This document shows positions 18,475 through 30,384 of a DNA stretch of 64,000 nucleotides, in pieces. A program made the translations under genes and the position numbers. The notes under the pieces were generated by a model that did not search any database, was not told the origin of the DNA, and saw only the letters and a program-made list of their open reading frames with translations. The stretch comes from an uncultured Eubacteriaceae bacterium (GTDB lineage: Bacteria; Bacillota; Clostridia; Eubacteriales; UBA1433): the NCBI GenBank assembly GCA_964533615.1, contig CAZHMK010000007.1, positions 73,653 to 137,652 on the forward strand. Direction: 5' to 3'. Every line of letters starts with the position of its first letter. The stretch's first letter is position 1.

Positions 18475-19404
18475 ATGTCTTATGCATTAAAACAAATCTC
18501 AAAAGCATACGATAAGGCATATGAGGTTTATTTTGATAATCTTTCAAAAATTGTTATAATGAGTGATTGCCACAGAGGAGATGGAAGCCAGGCAGATAAT
18601 TTCAGTAAAAATCAGAATATCTATTTTGTGGCACTGACACATTATGAAAAAAATAAATATACATATATTGAATTAGGAGATGGGGAAGAATTATGGGAAA
18701 ATAAAAATATATCTGACATTATAGAAACATATACCAATATTTATTGGTTGTTATCACAGTTTTATCATGATAACCGACTCCTTTTTATTTATGGGAATCA
18801 TGATATTGTTAAAAAAGCGGATAAATATGTCCGGCGATATTTGAGCAGTTATTATGATGTGCATCAAAAAGATTATGCTTCTTTATTTCCGAATATAAAA
18901 ATATTGGAAAGTATATTATTAAAATATGGAGAAACTGATAAAAAAATATTGTTGCTCCATGGACATCAGGCAGATTATATGAACAGTAGGTTATGGAAAT
19001 TGAGCAGGTTTTTAGTTCGCTATTTATGGAGACCGCTTGAGCTTATAGGGATTAATAATCCGACCAGTGCAGCAAAAAATAATAAAAAGAAAAAACAAAT
19101 TGAAAAAATCCTTACGTATTGGTCTAATTGTAATAAACAAATGATTATAGCAGGGCATACGCATAGAGCAATCATGCCGAATGCGGGAGCAGAGCTATAT
19201 TTTAATGACGGAAGCTGTGTGCATCCGCGATGTATTACTGCCATTGAAATTGAAAACGGAGAAATATCACTTGTAAAATGGTGTTATAAGGTAAGGCAGG
19301 ATGCTATTTTATATATTGGCAGAGATGTACTTGAAGGCCCTGTGAAATTAACAAAATATTTTAATGACAAATTAGAAGAAGAGAAAGCGGCAATAAAAAT
19401 ATAA
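18475..19404 (+). CDS. Calcineurin-like metallophosphoesterase
   Basis: Motifs DCH, GDGEE, GNHD, HGH and GHTH are all present. The ATG at 18475 is preferred because GGAGG lies 5 nt upstream. Confidence 0.8.
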   Translation: MSYALKQISKAYDKAYEVYFDNLSKIVIMSDCHRGDGSQADNFSKNQNIYFVALTHYEKNKYTYIELGDGEELWENKNISDIIETYTNIYWLLSQFYHDNRLLFIYGNHDIVKKADKYVRRYLSSYYDVHQKDYASLFPNIKILESILLKYGETDKKILLLHGHQADYMNSRLWKLSRFLVRYLWRPLELIGINNPTSAAKNNKKKKQIEKILTYWSNCNKQMIIAGHTHRAIMPNAGAELYFNDGSCVHPRCITAIEIENGEISLVKWCYKVRQDAILYIGRDVLEGPVKLTKYFNDKLEEEKAAIKI

Positions 19405-19416
19405 ATTACATGAAAA

Positions 19417-19449
19417 TAAAAAACAGCACTTAAAGAAGTGCTGTTTTTT
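19417..19449. terminator. Bidirectional terminator
   Basis: AAAAAACAGCACTT-aaag-AAGTGCTGTTTTTT. Confidence 0.8.
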
Positions 19450-19450
19450 A

Positions 19451-20344
19451 TCATGATTCTGTTATAGTACCGCCGTTAACATGGAGTACTTGCCCGGTTA
19501 CATATGCCGAATCATCACACGCAAGATATACATAAGTCGGAGCAATTTCAAATGGTTGAGCAGCGCGACCCAATGGTACATCCTTACCAAAGCCTGCCAC
19601 TTTTTGCTCGTCAAAACTAGATGGGATAAGTGGAGTCCAAACAGGGCCGGGGGCTACGGCGTTGACTCGGATGCCTTTTGGAGCCAATGATAAAGCAAGA
19701 GACCTTGTAAAGGAAACAATGGCCCCTTTGGTTGAAGAATAATCAATTAGTGTCGGGCTGCCTTGATATGCTGTCACAGATGTTGTATTTATGATGCAGC
19801 TTCCTGATCTTAAGTAGGGCATAATTGCTTCTGTCATATAAAAATAACTATAAATATTTGTCGAAAACGTATTGTTCAATTGCTGACTGGAAATATTTGT
19901 TACCTCATTTTGAGGATACTGTACAGCAATATTATTGACTAAAATATCAATATTTCCAAATTCCTGCATCGTTTTTGTTATCACTTGATCTGCGGATTCT
20001 TGTTGCGATAAATCACATTGCATTGCAACGCAGCGTCGGCTGAAGTTGGCCACCGCTTTAGCAGTATCTTGAGCATCTTGATCTTGATTAAGATAGGCAA
20101 TGAGTATATTGGCACCTTCTTTAGCAAAAGCGATTGCTACAGCTTGACCAATTCCGCTGTCGCCGCCAGTGATAATAGCGACTCGATCTTTTAATTTACC
20201 AGCACTTTTATATGCATTGTTATTCGTGATAGGGTGAGGAATCATTCGTTTTTGTGATCCCGGTTGACTGTTTTGATGTTGGGCTGGAAAGTCTTGCGGA
20301 GTTGAAGCTTTTCTGTTTTGATACGTAGAAATATTATCAGACAT
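19451..20344 (-). CDS. SDR-family oxidoreductase (YhdF/YghA-like)
   Basis: TGGDSGIG cofactor motif and the YSSTK catalytic motif. Confidence 0.85.
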   Translation of the reverse strand: MSDNISTYQNRKASTPQDFPAQHQNSQPGSQKRMIPHPITNNNAYKSAGKLKDRVAIITGGDSGIGQAVAIAFAKEGANILIAYLNQDQDAQDTAKAVANFSRRCVAMQCDLSQQESADQVITKTMQEFGNIDILVNNIAVQYPQNEVTNISSQQLNNTFSTNIYSYFYMTEAIMPYLRSGSCIINTTSVTAYQGSPTLIDYSSTKGAIVSFTRSLALSLAPKGIRVNAVAPGPVWTPLIPSSFDEQKVAGFGKDVPLGRAAQPFEIAPTYVYLACDDSAYVTGQVLHVNGGTITES

Positions 20345-20443
20345 AAAATTCTCCTTATTTTTTTATTTAATATATCCAGTTATTTATTTTTTATAATGTA
20401 TTTATATCATCCGATAAGCATAGCGTTACAAAACAAATTAAAT

Positions 20444-20476
20444 AAAAAAAGCTCCGGACATAGCGTTGTCTGGAGC
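20444..20476 (-). terminator. Terminator downstream of hppA
   Basis: GCTCCAGACA-acgcta-TGTCCGGAGC on the minus strand (one A.C mismatch), followed by a U-run. Confidence 0.55.
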
Positions 20477-20492
20477 CTAGATGTTCAATTGA

Positions 20493-22502
20493 TTAATGAA
20501 GGAATGGAGCTATGATTAAAGAAATAGTACCCATAACCTTGATAAGCGCATTTAAAGACGGACCTGAAGTATCTTTGAAAGGATCTCCTACAGTATCACC
20601 TGTAACAGCAGCAGCATGAGCGTCGGTGCCTTTGCCGCCAAAGTTACCGGCTTCAATAAATTTTTTAGCATTATCCCACGCACCACCAGCATTAGACATA
20701 AAAATTGCCATAAGAACACCGGCAACAGTGCCGCCTGCAAGCATACCGCCTAAAGCATTTTTTCCAAGTAAAAGTCCGACCAATACAGGAGTTCCAACTG
20801 CGAGTAATCCCGGTATAATCATTTGCCTGATAGCAGATTTTGTAGCAATATCTACACAGCTTGCATAATCAGCTTTTGCATTCGGATCACCCTCTAATAG
20901 TCCGGTGATTTCTCTGAATTGACGACGAACTTCCTCAATCATTGTAAAAGCTGCTTTGCCTACTGCTTCCATTGCAAATGCAGAGAATAAGAAAGGCAAG
21001 GCTGCGCCGATAAACAAACCGACGATTGTGGTCGGAACAAGAATATTAATACTGTCCAAACCGGCCAACTCTGAGTAAGCATTAAAGAGTACCAAGGCTG
21101 TAAGTGCGGCGGAACCAATAGCAAATCCTTTAGCAACGGCAGCTGTGGTATTGCCTACAGAATCCAGTTTATCCGTTGTTTCCCTTACCTCTGGATCAAG
21201 ACCGGCCATTTCAGCAATGCCGCCTGCATTATCGGCAACAGGGCCAAAAGAATCAATGGCAACAATGATACCGGCAGTGGAAAGCATAGCCATAGCCGCG
21301 ATTGCAATACCGTATACACCTGCAAAATAGAAGGAAATCAGTGTAGAAGCGCAGAATGTAAGGATAGGCAGCGCCGTGCTTTTAAGCCCGACTGCCAGAC
21401 CGGAAATAATGTTTGTTCCTGCCCCGGTAAGAGAGGCTTTGGCAATTGCTTGCGCGGGTTTTTTATTGTTAGAAGTATAATATTCCGTAATCAAGCCGAT
21501 CAAAATATTAACCATTAAACCGCATAAAACACATATGAAAACTTTATTGGGGGTAATGATAACACTTCCTGTATCATAGGAAGCCGGGAGCACAAGATGC
21601 ACAACAGCAAATGAACCGATCGCTGTGAGAATATTTGTTCCCCAAAGACCTTTATTTAAAGCCATTTGCGGATTGGCTTTTTCACCGGTTTTAACAAGGA
21701 AGCTTGAAAGAATAGAAGCGATTAAGCCAACGATGCCGATTAAGATAAAAAGATATTCTCCAACACCATGACCTTTAAAAACAGAGTATCCAATCAATAA
21801 ACCGGCGATGGTTGTTGCCGCATACGACTCAAACAAGTCTGCGCCCATACCGGCAGTGTCTCCGACATTATCGCCAACGTTATCTGCGATAACAGCGGGA
21901 TTTCTTGGGTCATCTTCAGGAATTCCAGCTTCTACTTTTCCAACAAGATCCGCACCAACATCTGCAGCTTTAGTGTATATGCCGCCGCCAACACGAGCGA
22001 ATAGCGCAATTGCGCTTGCGCCGAAAGCAAAAGAGTTTATTGTTTCAGCGTCGCCAAATATTAAAAATAAAGCAGAAACGCCCAAGAGACCTAAACCGGC
22101 GACAGAAAATCCCATAACTGCGCCGCCTCTAAAAGCAATACCGAGTGCACTATTCAAACTGGTACGTGCAGCTTCCGTAGTACGACTGTTTGCTCTTGTT
22201 GTGATGCTCATACCAACATAACCGGCAACTGCGGAAGCTACCGCGCCGACAATAAATGCAACAGCACTCTGCCAGCCCCTTATAAAAAACAGTATGACGA
22301 AGACAACAACGGCAAAGGGAAGGAGAGTTCTATATTGTCTCTTTAAATAAGCCATAGCGCCTTCTTGTATCGCTTTGGAAATTTCTTGCATTTTATTATT
22401 GCCGGGATTTCTTTTAAGTACGTTTTTGGCGAATAATAATGCCGCAACCAAAGCAATAATACCTGTTATTATTCCAAATACAGATATTGATGTTAAATTC
22501 AT
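20493..22502 (-). CDS. hppA: Membrane-bound ion-translocating pyrophosphatase
   Basis: Signature [26 protein letters not shown] and about 16 TM helices. The ATG at 22502 is preferred because GGAGG lies immediately upstream. Confidence 0.9.
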   Translation of the reverse strand: MNLTSISVFGIITGIIALVAALLFAKNVLKRNPGNNKMQEISKAIQEGAMAYLKRQYRTLLPFAVVVFVILFFIRGWQSAVAFIVGAVASAVAGYVGMSITTRANSRTTEAARTSLNSALGIAFRGGAVMGFSVAGLGLLGVSALFLIFGDAETINSFAFGASAIALFARVGGGIYTKAADVGADLVGKVEAGIPEDDPRNPAVIADNVGDNVGDTAGMGADLFESYAATTIAGLLIGYSVFKGHGVGEYLFILIGIVGLIASILSSFLVKTGEKANPQMALNKGLWGTNILTAIGSFAVVHLVLPASYDTGSVIITPNKVFICVLCGLMVNILIGLITEYYTSNNKKPAQAIAKASLTGAGTNIISGLAVGLKSTALPILTFCASTLISFYFAGVYGIAIAAMAMLSTAGIIVAIDSFGPVADNAGGIAEMAGLDPEVRETTDKLDSVGNTTAAVAKGFAIGSAALTALVLFNAYSELAGLDSINILVPTTIVGLFIGAALPFLFSAFAMEAVGKAAFTMIEEVRRQFREITGLLEGDPNAKADYASCVDIATKSAIRQMIIPGLLAVGTPVLVGLLLGKNALGGMLAGGTVAGVLMAIFMSNAGGAWDNAKKFIEAGNFGGKGTDAHAAAVTGDTVGDPFKDTSGPSLNALIKVMGTISLIIAPFLH

Positions 22503-22900
22503 GTTAACCTCCAAAAATATGACGAATAAGTATTTAAAATATTGATAAAAACCTTAATAATCATACTCCCACTTTAATTAAAAGTCAATAATTTGGCAGA
22601 AAACCGACCTTGAGAGAACGTTATCAGATTCATTTTATAACACATATATAATTCGTGCATTAAAATAAACAATATTTAATTATTGATATAATACTAAATT
22701 TTTCTATTAATTAAAAGTTTTTACTAAAAAATGGAAAAAATTCTTATATTTTTTAAACAAAATTGAAATACTATTAGCATGTTTAAAAAATCCTTGATTA
22801 ACATATTTGTTATTTTTATGAAGATTAAAATAAAAATGCTAGAAGAATGGAGTGAAATAAACTGACTTTAAATATCGAAAAAAATAATCATAAAAATGTT

Positions 22901-25900
22901 TTGCATCTCGGAATTGATATCGGATCTACTACAATAAAAATAGTATTATTAGATAATAAAGATAAGATGATTTATCATAAATACAGCAGACATCATTCAG
23001 ATCTTTTTACGACATTAAAAAAAATATTTGACGAATTATATAGTGATTTTGGGAATTTATATATTACTGTTACATTGACAGGATCAGGAGCACTTTCATT
23101 TTCAGAAAAAATGAATTTTCCTTTTATTCAGGAAGTATATGCTGGATATCGCGCGACAAGCAGATTTATTCCGGATGTGAAAGTAATCATAGAGCTAGGT
23201 GGGGAAGACGCAAAAATAACGTTTTTAGAAAATGGTATTGATCAAAGAATGAATGGGATATGTGCGGGAGGAACCGGAGCGTTTATCGACCAAATGGCCA
23301 TACTCTTAAATACAGATGCACAAGGTTTAGATAAGCTTGCCGAGAATTATGAAGTTATTTATCCAATAGCTTCTAGGTGCGGGGTTTTTGCAAAAACTGA
23401 TATACAGCCATTATTAAATGAAGGAGTGCAAAAAGAAGATATTGCGGCATCGATTTTTCAGGCAGTCGTCAATCAGACAATCAGCGGATTGGCATGCGGA
23501 AAAACAATAAAAGGAAAAGTAGGTTTTCTTGGAGGACCGTTACATTTTCTGCCTCAATTGAGGAAGCGCTTCCAACAAACTTTAGATTTAGATAATGATG
23601 AGATGATAGTCCCTCAAAATGCTGAAATTTATGTTGCTATTGGGGCAGCATTATGTTCTAAAGAAAATAAAAAAATCATTACTCTGAAAGAATTAATTTC
23701 TCTTCTCCAAGCTAAAGAAGGTAGCTTTCATGTAAATCTGCCGCATCTGCAGCCATTGTTTTCGACTGGTGAAGAATATGAGATTTTTATTAAAAGACAT
23801 GCTAAGAATAATGTAGAGAGAAAAAGATTAGATTATTTTAAAGGAAATTGCTTTTTAGGATTGGATGTTGGGTCAACAACAAGTAAAGCTGCTTTAATTG
23901 ATGAAGAAACGAATCTTTTATTTACACATTATATAAATAATGAAGGAAATCCCATAGAAGCTGTAAGGAAGATACTTTATGAAATTTATGATCATTTGCC
24001 TAATGATTCAATAATAGCTTATACTGCAGTAACCGGCTACGGAGAACACTTAATAAAATCTGCTTTTTCTTGTGATATTGGACAAGTAGAAACGATTGCT
24101 CACTACACTGCAGCAAAGCATTTTATGCCAAATGTAGATTTCATTTTAGATATTGGCGGGCAAGATATGAAATGCATAAAAATAAAGAATAAGGTTATTG
24201 ACAATGTGATTTTAAATGAAGCCTGTTCGTCAGGATGTGGCTCTTTTATAGAAACTTTTGCAAAATCTTTAGAAATGAGTATTGAAGAATTTGTTTCAGA
24301 AGGAATAAAAGCAGCCATGCCTGCAGACTTAGGTTCGCGCTGCACGGTATTTATGAATTCAAGAGTGAAACAAGCTCAAAAAGAAGGCTTAACGGTCGGA
24401 GATATATCTGCCGGGCTATGTTATTCAGTTATTCAAAATGCATTATATAAGGTAATAAAAATAAAAGACTGTGCAGAGCTTGGGAATAATATCATTGTTC
24501 AAGGTGGTACTTTTTTAAATAATGCGATTTTGCGATGTTTTGAATTAATTACCAACAAAGAAGTTATAAGACCGGATATTTCAGGGCTAATGGGGGCTTA
24601 TGGAGCGGCCATCATTGCAAAAAATACTTGGAATAAAAATATGAAAACTTCTTTGATTTCTTTTGATGATTTAGAAAAATTTGCTTATCAAACAAAATTC
24701 ACCAGGTGCAAAAAATGCACTAATAATTGCTTGTTGACTATTAATTCATTTACGAATGGAAGGAAATTTATTTCAGGTAATCGTTGTGAGCGAGGAATTG
24801 GAATAGATGAAAAAAATAAAATCCCGAATATATTTGAATACAAGGCAAACAGATTGTTTCAATATAGACCGTTGGAAAAAATGAATGCACCAAGAGGAAT
24901 TATAGGAATTCCCCGTGTTTTAAATATGTATGAAAATTATCCGTTTTGGTTTACGTTTTTTACAGAACTGGGATTCAAAGTAGAATTATCTCCGATTTCA
25001 AGTAGGATAATTTACGAATCAGGAATGGACACGATTGCTTCTGATACGATATGCTATCCTGCAAAACTGGTTCACGGGCATATTGCGGCTTTAGCAAAAA
25101 AAAATATAAAGCATATTTTTTACCCATGTATCTATAAAGAAAGAGTAGAATATAAAGAAGCAGATAATTATTTTAATTGCCCTATTGTAACTGCATATGC
25201 CGAAGTGATTAAAACAAATATGAGCACATTAAAAGAAAATGGAATAAGATTTCATAATCCGTTTTTACCATATCATAATAAAAATTTATTAACGAAAAAA
25301 ATGCATAAAGAATTAAAAGAATTTGATATATCTTATGAAGAGATAAAATATGCCGTCTCTATGGCGTGGCAAGAAGATTTAAAAATTAAGAATGATATTA
25401 AAAAAAAGGGAGAAGAAGTACTAGAGTGGTTAAAAGAGAACAATCGCAAAGGCGTTGTACTGTCAGGTAGGCCATATCATATAGATGGTGAGGTAAATCA
25501 TGGAATACCCAAATTGCTTACTTCTTTAGGACTGGCTGTTCTTACTGAAGATTCAGTGGCGCATCTCGGGAGAATAGAGCGACCACTCAGAGTATTAGAT
25601 CAATGGATGTATCATTCCAGACTATATAAAGCTGCTGAATTTGTATCAAGGCAGGATAATATAGAACTGATCCAATTAAATTCGTTTGGATGCGGGCCAG
25701 ATTCTATTGCAGCGGATCAAGCAAATGAAATTTTAAGTCGTGCAGGGAAGATGTATACCATGATCAAAATTGATGAAATCAGTAATTTGGGAGCTGTAAG
25801 AATTAGAATCAGATCGCTAAAAGCGGCAATGGAGCTAAGGGAAAATAAAATAAATTGTGATGAAGATATTTTCAACATATCTTCTTATAAAAGAGTGCTC

Positions 25901-27205
25901 TTTACTAAGGATATGCGAAAACAATATACAATACTTGCTCCACAAATGGCACCGATTCATTTTGAGTTAGTGCAGGAAGCAGCGTGTGCATCGGGTTATC
26001 GATTTGAGATTTTAAAAAAAGTAAATAATCACGATATTCAGGAAGGATTAAAATATGTCAATAATGACTCTTGTTATCCGTCTATTATAATTATCGGACA
26101 ATTAATCAACGCATTAAAATCAGGCAAATATGATTTAAACACAACGGCACTAATTATAAGTCAAACAGGAGGTCCTTGCAGAGCAAGTAATTATATGGCG
26201 CTTTTAAGAAAGGCACTCAAGGATGCAGGATTTGAAAATATACCCGTGATATCTGCAAATACAGTCGGGTTAGAAAAAAATCCGGGCTTTAAACTTACAT
26301 TGCCTTTTTTAAATAAAGTGATCATGTCCATGGTTTACGGAGATCTGTTGATGAAGCTTTTGTTTCAAGTAAGACCTTACGAAAAAACAAATGGTCAAAC
26401 CAATAAATTATATGATGAATGGATGGTAAAATGCAAAAATAATATCAGACAAGGAAGCAGAGAACAATTTAGAAAAAATATAGGAATGATTATCAAAGAT
26501 TTTGAACAAGTTGCAGTCAGAGATGAAAGAAAACCTCGTGTGGGATTGGTTGGTGAGATATTAGTAAAATATCATCCGGCAGCAAATAATGATATGGTTG
26601 ATTTTATTGAAAATGCAGGAGCGGAAATAGTAGTTCCGGGTTTGCTCGAATTTTTTTTATACAGTGCTTATGGAAATGAAATGAATTATCAAAATCTTGG
26701 CAGAACAAAAATACACAGCATAGCAAGTAATGTCGTTATAAAATATATTGAAAATTATCGTAATGATATGTGTATTGCGTTAAAACGAAGTAAAAGATTT
26801 AAAGAACCACAGAGTATTTATGAAATGGCGGAAGGTGTGAGAAATATCTTATCATTATATAATCAATCAGGTGAAGGATGGCTTTTAACGGCAGAAATGG
26901 TTGAATTAATCAAAGAAGGAGCCAATAATATTATCTGTATGCAGCCATTTGCATGTCTACCTAATCATATAACGGGAAAAGGCATGATAAAACCGCTTAA
27001 AGAAAGATATCCAAATATCAATATTGTTACAGTTGATTATGATCCGGGGGCAAGCGAGGTGAATCAAATAAACCGAATAAAACTAATGCTTGAACGCACA
27101 AAAAAAAATGCACAGATTCAACAGCATAGACATTTACCCAATTTGAGCGCGAGTGCTGCATTCAAAGAAAAGATTTATTTACAGAAAAAGCACACCCGGT
27201 TTTAA
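22901..27205 (+). CDS. Fused BCR/HAD-family protein: two BcrAD/BadFG-type activase ATPase domains plus a 2-hydroxyacyl-CoA-dehydratase-like (DUF2229) region; candidate PlsAR-type plasmalogen synthase
   Basis: Two ATPase phosphate-1 motifs ([13 protein letters not shown] and [13 protein letters not shown]), a Cys cluster (CKKCTNNC...GNRCERG) and a long HgdB-like C-terminal half. The start is TTG and uncertain. Confidence 0.75.
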   Translation: MHLGIDIGSTTIKIVLLDNKDKMIYHKYSRHHSDLFTTLKKIFDELYSDFGNLYITVTLTGSGALSFSEKMNFPFIQEVYAGYRATSRFIPDVKVIIELGGEDAKITFLENGIDQRMNGICAGGTGAFIDQMAILLNTDAQGLDKLAENYEVIYPIASRCGVFAKTDIQPLLNEGVQKEDIAASIFQAVVNQTISGLACGKTIKGKVGFLGGPLHFLPQLRKRFQQTLDLDNDEMIVPQNAEIYVAIGAALCSKENKKIITLKELISLLQAKEGSFHVNLPHLQPLFSTGEEYEIFIKRHAKNNVERKRLDYFKGNCFLGLDVGSTTSKAALIDEETNLLFTHYINNEGNPIEAVRKILYEIYDHLPNDSIIAYTAVTGYGEHLIKSAFSCDIGQVETIAHYTAAKHFMPNVDFILDIGGQDMKCIKIKNKVIDNVILNEACSSGCGSFIETFAKSLEMSIEEFVSEGIKAAMPADLGSRCTVFMNSRVKQAQKEGLTVGDISAGLCYSVIQNALYKVIKIKDCAELGNNIIVQGGTFLNNAILRCFELITNKEVIRPDISGLMGAYGAAIIAKNTWNKNMKTSLISFDDLEKFAYQTKFTRCKKCTNNCLLTINSFTNGRKFISGNRCERGIGIDEKNKIPNIFEYKANRLFQYRPLEKMNAPRGIIGIPRVLNMYENYPFWFTFFTELGFKVELSPISSRIIYESGMDTIASDTICYPAKLVHGHIAALAKKNIKHIFYPCIYKERVEYKEADNYFNCPIVTAYAEVIKTNMSTLKENGIRFHNPFLPYHNKNLLTKKMHKELKEFDISYEEIKYAVSMAWQEDLKIKNDIKKKGEEVLEWLKENNRKGVVLSGRPYHIDGEVNHGIPKLLTSLGLAVLTEDSVAHLGRIERPLRVLDQWMYHSRLYKAAEFVSRQDNIELIQLNSFGCGPDSIAADQANEILSRAGKMYTMIKIDEISNLGAVRIRIRSLKAAMELRENKINCDEDIFNISSYKRVLFTKDMRKQYTILAPQMAPIHFELVQEAACASGYRFEILKKVNNHDIQEGLKYVNNDSCYPSIIIIGQLINALKSGKYDLNTTALIISQTGGPCRASNYMALLRKALKDAGFENIPVISANTVGLEKNPGFKLTLPFLNKVIMSMVYGDLLMKLLFQVRPYEKTNGQTNKLYDEWMVKCKNNIRQGSREQFRKNIGMIIKDFEQVAVRDERKPRVGLVGEILVKYHPAANNDMVDFIENAGAEIVVPGLLEFFLYSAYGNEMNYQNLGRTKIHSIASNVVIKYIENYRNDMCIALKRSKRFKEPQSIYEMAEGVRNILSLYNQSGEGWLLTAEMVELIKEGANNIICMQPFACLPNHITGKGMIKPLKERYPNINIVTVDYDPGASEVNQINRIKLMLERTKKNAQIQQHRHLPNLSASAAFKEKIYLQKKHTRF

Positions 27206-27431
27206 TATTTGACATTTTCCATTTCCAGAAAAGCAATATATTAGAGATAACGGTTTGTTTAACTGTTTGAATACTTTGATTTTGTTTAAATATCCAACCG
27301 GCCGGAGAAGAAGAAAAGATACGAAAAACAAATTTTCATTTTTTACGTCGTATCTATTTAATGAATTGATATAATAAAATTAGTATATCGTTATATTAAT
27401 TGTATTTAAACAGTAAATACAATATTAAATA

Positions 27432-28667
27432 TTACTCTATATATATTTGAACGTTATTACGGCCTTTTTCTTTAGCTGAGTATAACATTTTATCAGCTTG
27501 TTCAATAATGCGGCTAACATCAGAAATACTGTGAACTTTTGTAAAACACACACCAATACTTACTGATAAAAAATTATTTATTACAGAGTCATTATGATAG
27601 ATTTCCAAAGACAATATTTTTAATCTGATTTCTTCGGCAAGTTCTACAATATATTTTTTTGACATATTAAAAGATACATAAACAAATTCTTCACCTCCCC
27701 AACGAGCAACGAGTTCCATAGGATTTTTAACAACGGAATTGATCGTATTTGCAACACTGACCAGTACTTTATCGCCTTCAATGTGACCATATGTATCGTT
27801 GAATTCTTTAAAAAAGTCGATATCTATCATCATAAAAGAAAAGGAGGTATCTGATTTAACATAACTTGTAAAGGCTAAATCAATAAAATTTCTAAAGTTT
27901 CTTCGGTTTGGGATACCGGTTAATTCATCTATTAATGCTAATTCTTTTAATTGATTATTAGCCATTGTAAGCTTTAAATTGATTTGTTTATTCTCATCTA
28001 TTTGGTTTTCGAGCAATGCTTTTGATTCTTTAAGTAATTTCTTGTTATTAATATCATGGCAATAGCCTATATAAACAATTCTGGACGTTAACCATGAAAT
28101 AGATATAAATACAAACAAATTAACATAGTGACCAACTAAGACATCGCTGGAAGATTGAAAAAAAGGAAGCCCTATACAAAGAATTGATATTGATATAATA
28201 TAGGGAATCATAATTTTTTTATTGTCTAATAAATAAATAACAGAACAGGTAATAGCATTTACCATGAATGCCATAAGTTGCCCATATAATTTTTGATCCA
28301 TAAGGGATATAATGCTTCCCCAAGACATAATTAAAGTAATATAAACAATTATTAATCCTTCAAATCTTTTAATTCGATTTGGATCACTATTTTCGATGTC
28401 TGAATATTTAATACGAGAAATAATAAGCAAGAAAATAATATTAATGGAAATAAAAATCAAATATGCTATCAAATAATTGCTATAATGGAAACGATCATCT
28501 ATCTCTAAAATCGAACTGCTTATATCTACGGCTGCAAGAAGTAGATCAAAGACAATCGTAATATATGCGAAGATGCGTCCTTTGCGAATATTATTGATTA
28601 ATATTTCTTTTTGTATATTTGTGCTCTGACATTCTTTAAAGATTTTAAGATATTTCTCAAAAGCCAT
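27432..28667 (-). CDS. Membrane-anchored diguanylate cyclase (GGDEF)
   Basis: About 6 N-terminal TM helices, a coiled coil and a GGDEF domain with an RWGGEEF active site. Confidence 0.85.
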   Translation of the reverse strand: MAFEKYLKIFKECQSTNIQKEILINNIRKGRIFAYITIVFDLLLAAVDISSSILEIDDRFHYSNYLIAYLIFISINIIFLLIISRIKYSDIENSDPNRIKRFEGLIIVYITLIMSWGSIISLMDQKLYGQLMAFMVNAITCSVIYLLDNKKIMIPYIISISILCIGLPFFQSSSDVLVGHYVNLFVFISISWLTSRIVYIGYCHDINNKKLLKESKALLENQIDENKQINLKLTMANNQLKELALIDELTGIPNRRNFRNFIDLAFTSYVKSDTSFSFMMIDIDFFKEFNDTYGHIEGDKVLVSVANTINSVVKNPMELVARWGGEEFVYVSFNMSKKYIVELAEEIRLKILSLEIYHNDSVINNFLSVSIGVCFTKVHSISDVSRIIEQADKMLYSAKEKGRNNVQIYIE

Positions 28668-28708
28668 AATTTTTCCTTATATTTTCAAGTTGGTTTTTAT
28701 ATGGAGAT

Positions 28709-29227
28709 TTATTTTAAATTCTTTTTCATAAGTAAATCTGTTTGTTCCTCATTGCCCATAATGAATGGATGTACAGCAAATTGGGAAAATCCATTGTTTT
28801 TATAAAATTGTATTGCATGTATATTTTTTTCCCAAACACTTAACCAAATATATCCTTTGTTTTTATTTGATGCGATATCAATAGCATAATTCAACATGAT
28901 TTTACCTAAACCTTTTCCTTGAAATTCTTTTTTCAGGTAGATCCTTTCTAATTCTAATGAAAGATTATCATGTATATCTGTTTGTGCCGGGGATTCGTTT
29001 ATTTTAAAATAACCTGCTAAATTTTTATCGTGATATATAAAATAAAAACAGGAATCTTTATTTAATAGTTCGCTGTGTATTTTTTTAATCCCAAATGCAT
29101 TGTTAAGATATTGATACATATTTACCGGGGAATTTTGGTTTAAAAATGTATCTTTATATGTTTCATAAGATATTGAAGATAAAGCAAGAAGGTCACTTTC
29201 GACACATTTTTCAATAGAAATTTTCAT
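28709..29227 (-). CDS. GNAT-family N-acetyltransferase
   Basis: 172 aa with the acetyl-CoA loop (FQGKGLGKIML). It lies 41 nt upstream of the GGDEF gene on the same strand. Confidence 0.8.
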   Translation of the reverse strand: MKISIEKCVESDLLALSSISYETYKDTFLNQNSPVNMYQYLNNAFGIKKIHSELLNKDSCFYFIYHDKNLAGYFKINESPAQTDIHDNLSLELERIYLKKEFQGKGLGKIMLNYAIDIASNKNKGYIWLSVWEKNIHAIQFYKNNGFSQFAVHPFIMGNEEQTDLLMKKNLK

Positions 29228-29869
29228 TTGTTCTCTGTACCTTTATTAATTGAATTCATCTATCAAATTTATAAATTGCAAATAACAAGTTGTATATACG
29301 TTTAATTAAGGTATTTCTAAGAAGTCATTCGTTTACTTTAATTATTATTACTTCAAATTTTTAAAAGACAGTGATAACAGGTCAAAAAAATTAAGATAAT
29401 TAATTATTGGTTTATTAGGTAAGTAATAACGATATTTTAAATTTCTAACATAATAAACAATATTAATAAGATTGTCAATTGTATTTATATTTTTTGCTAA
29501 AATCTTAGAAAGGTGTACACTTGTAATTAAGCCAGATAAATTGATTAGTAAAGATTAAATAATTGTTTATAAACAAAAAAATTTCTCAAACATGAAGTAA
29601 TGTGTATATTTTCATTACATCCATGGTAACTTTAAATTTTATGTAAAGTAACAATATGAAAATTAATGTGTAATATATATATCGCAAAGTTAATTTGATT
29701 TCAAACTTTTTTATTGAATATTTAATATATTAGTAATATAACATCGCTTAATGTTTATTCATATAAATTTTATAATTATAATATGTTGGTAGCCCAAATT
29801 TTTGATGCTTTATATATTAAATGAAAGTTTTCCATCAAAGCATGCCAAGGAGGTTTAGTAAGGAAAGAT

Positions 29870-30121
29870 ATGAAAAAAAATGAAAACTTGACTAATTTGA
29901 TTTACAAAAATACAATGCCAAAAAAACAAGGTTTATATGATCCCGCTATGGAACATGATGCTTGTGGGATTGGCTTTATTGTAAATATTAAAGGGAACAA
30001 ATCACATAAAATTATTGAACAAGGAATTAATTTTACACTCGGCTTTATGGGTGTTTGTGAAAATTTTTTTATTTTCTTAGTTGATATAAGTCTTCATACA
30101 TGTATTTCCTTATTAATTTAA
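29870..30121 (+). pseudogene. Truncated 5' copy of gltB (stub: leader plus about 53 gltB-like codons, then unrelated sequence)
   Basis: Encodes ...[38 protein letters not shown], identical to the GltB N-terminus. Homology ends abruptly at 30030. Confidence 0.8.
29915..30030 (+). repeat. 116-bp direct repeat, copy A (115/116 identical to 34263..34378)
   Basis: Base-by-base comparison by eye. The single difference is a synonymous AAC/AAT. Confidence 0.9.
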
Positions 30122-30353
30122 TTTTAAATTATATATTTTCCTAAATTTGTAAAACAATAAATTTATTGTACAAAATAGCTGCATTTTAATATAAATTAAA
30201 GTTGTTTAATCAAAATAATTTATTCAAATATGTGCACTGAGATAAAAAGAGGAACTATGAACAGGCATTAAAGCGATTTAATATCATTTAGTTTATTAAA
30301 TTTTGACGACGCTTGCAAAACCCAATTTAATAAAGTTACAATATATATTTAGT

Positions 30354-30378
30354 AAAAAAGAGCCGATATTATCGACTC
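30354..30378 (-). terminator. Terminator of the FMN-GltS-like gene
   Basis: Minus-strand GAGUCGAU-aau-AUCGGCUC (with one G.U pair), followed by U6. Confidence 0.65.
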
Positions 30379-30384
30379 TCATAT

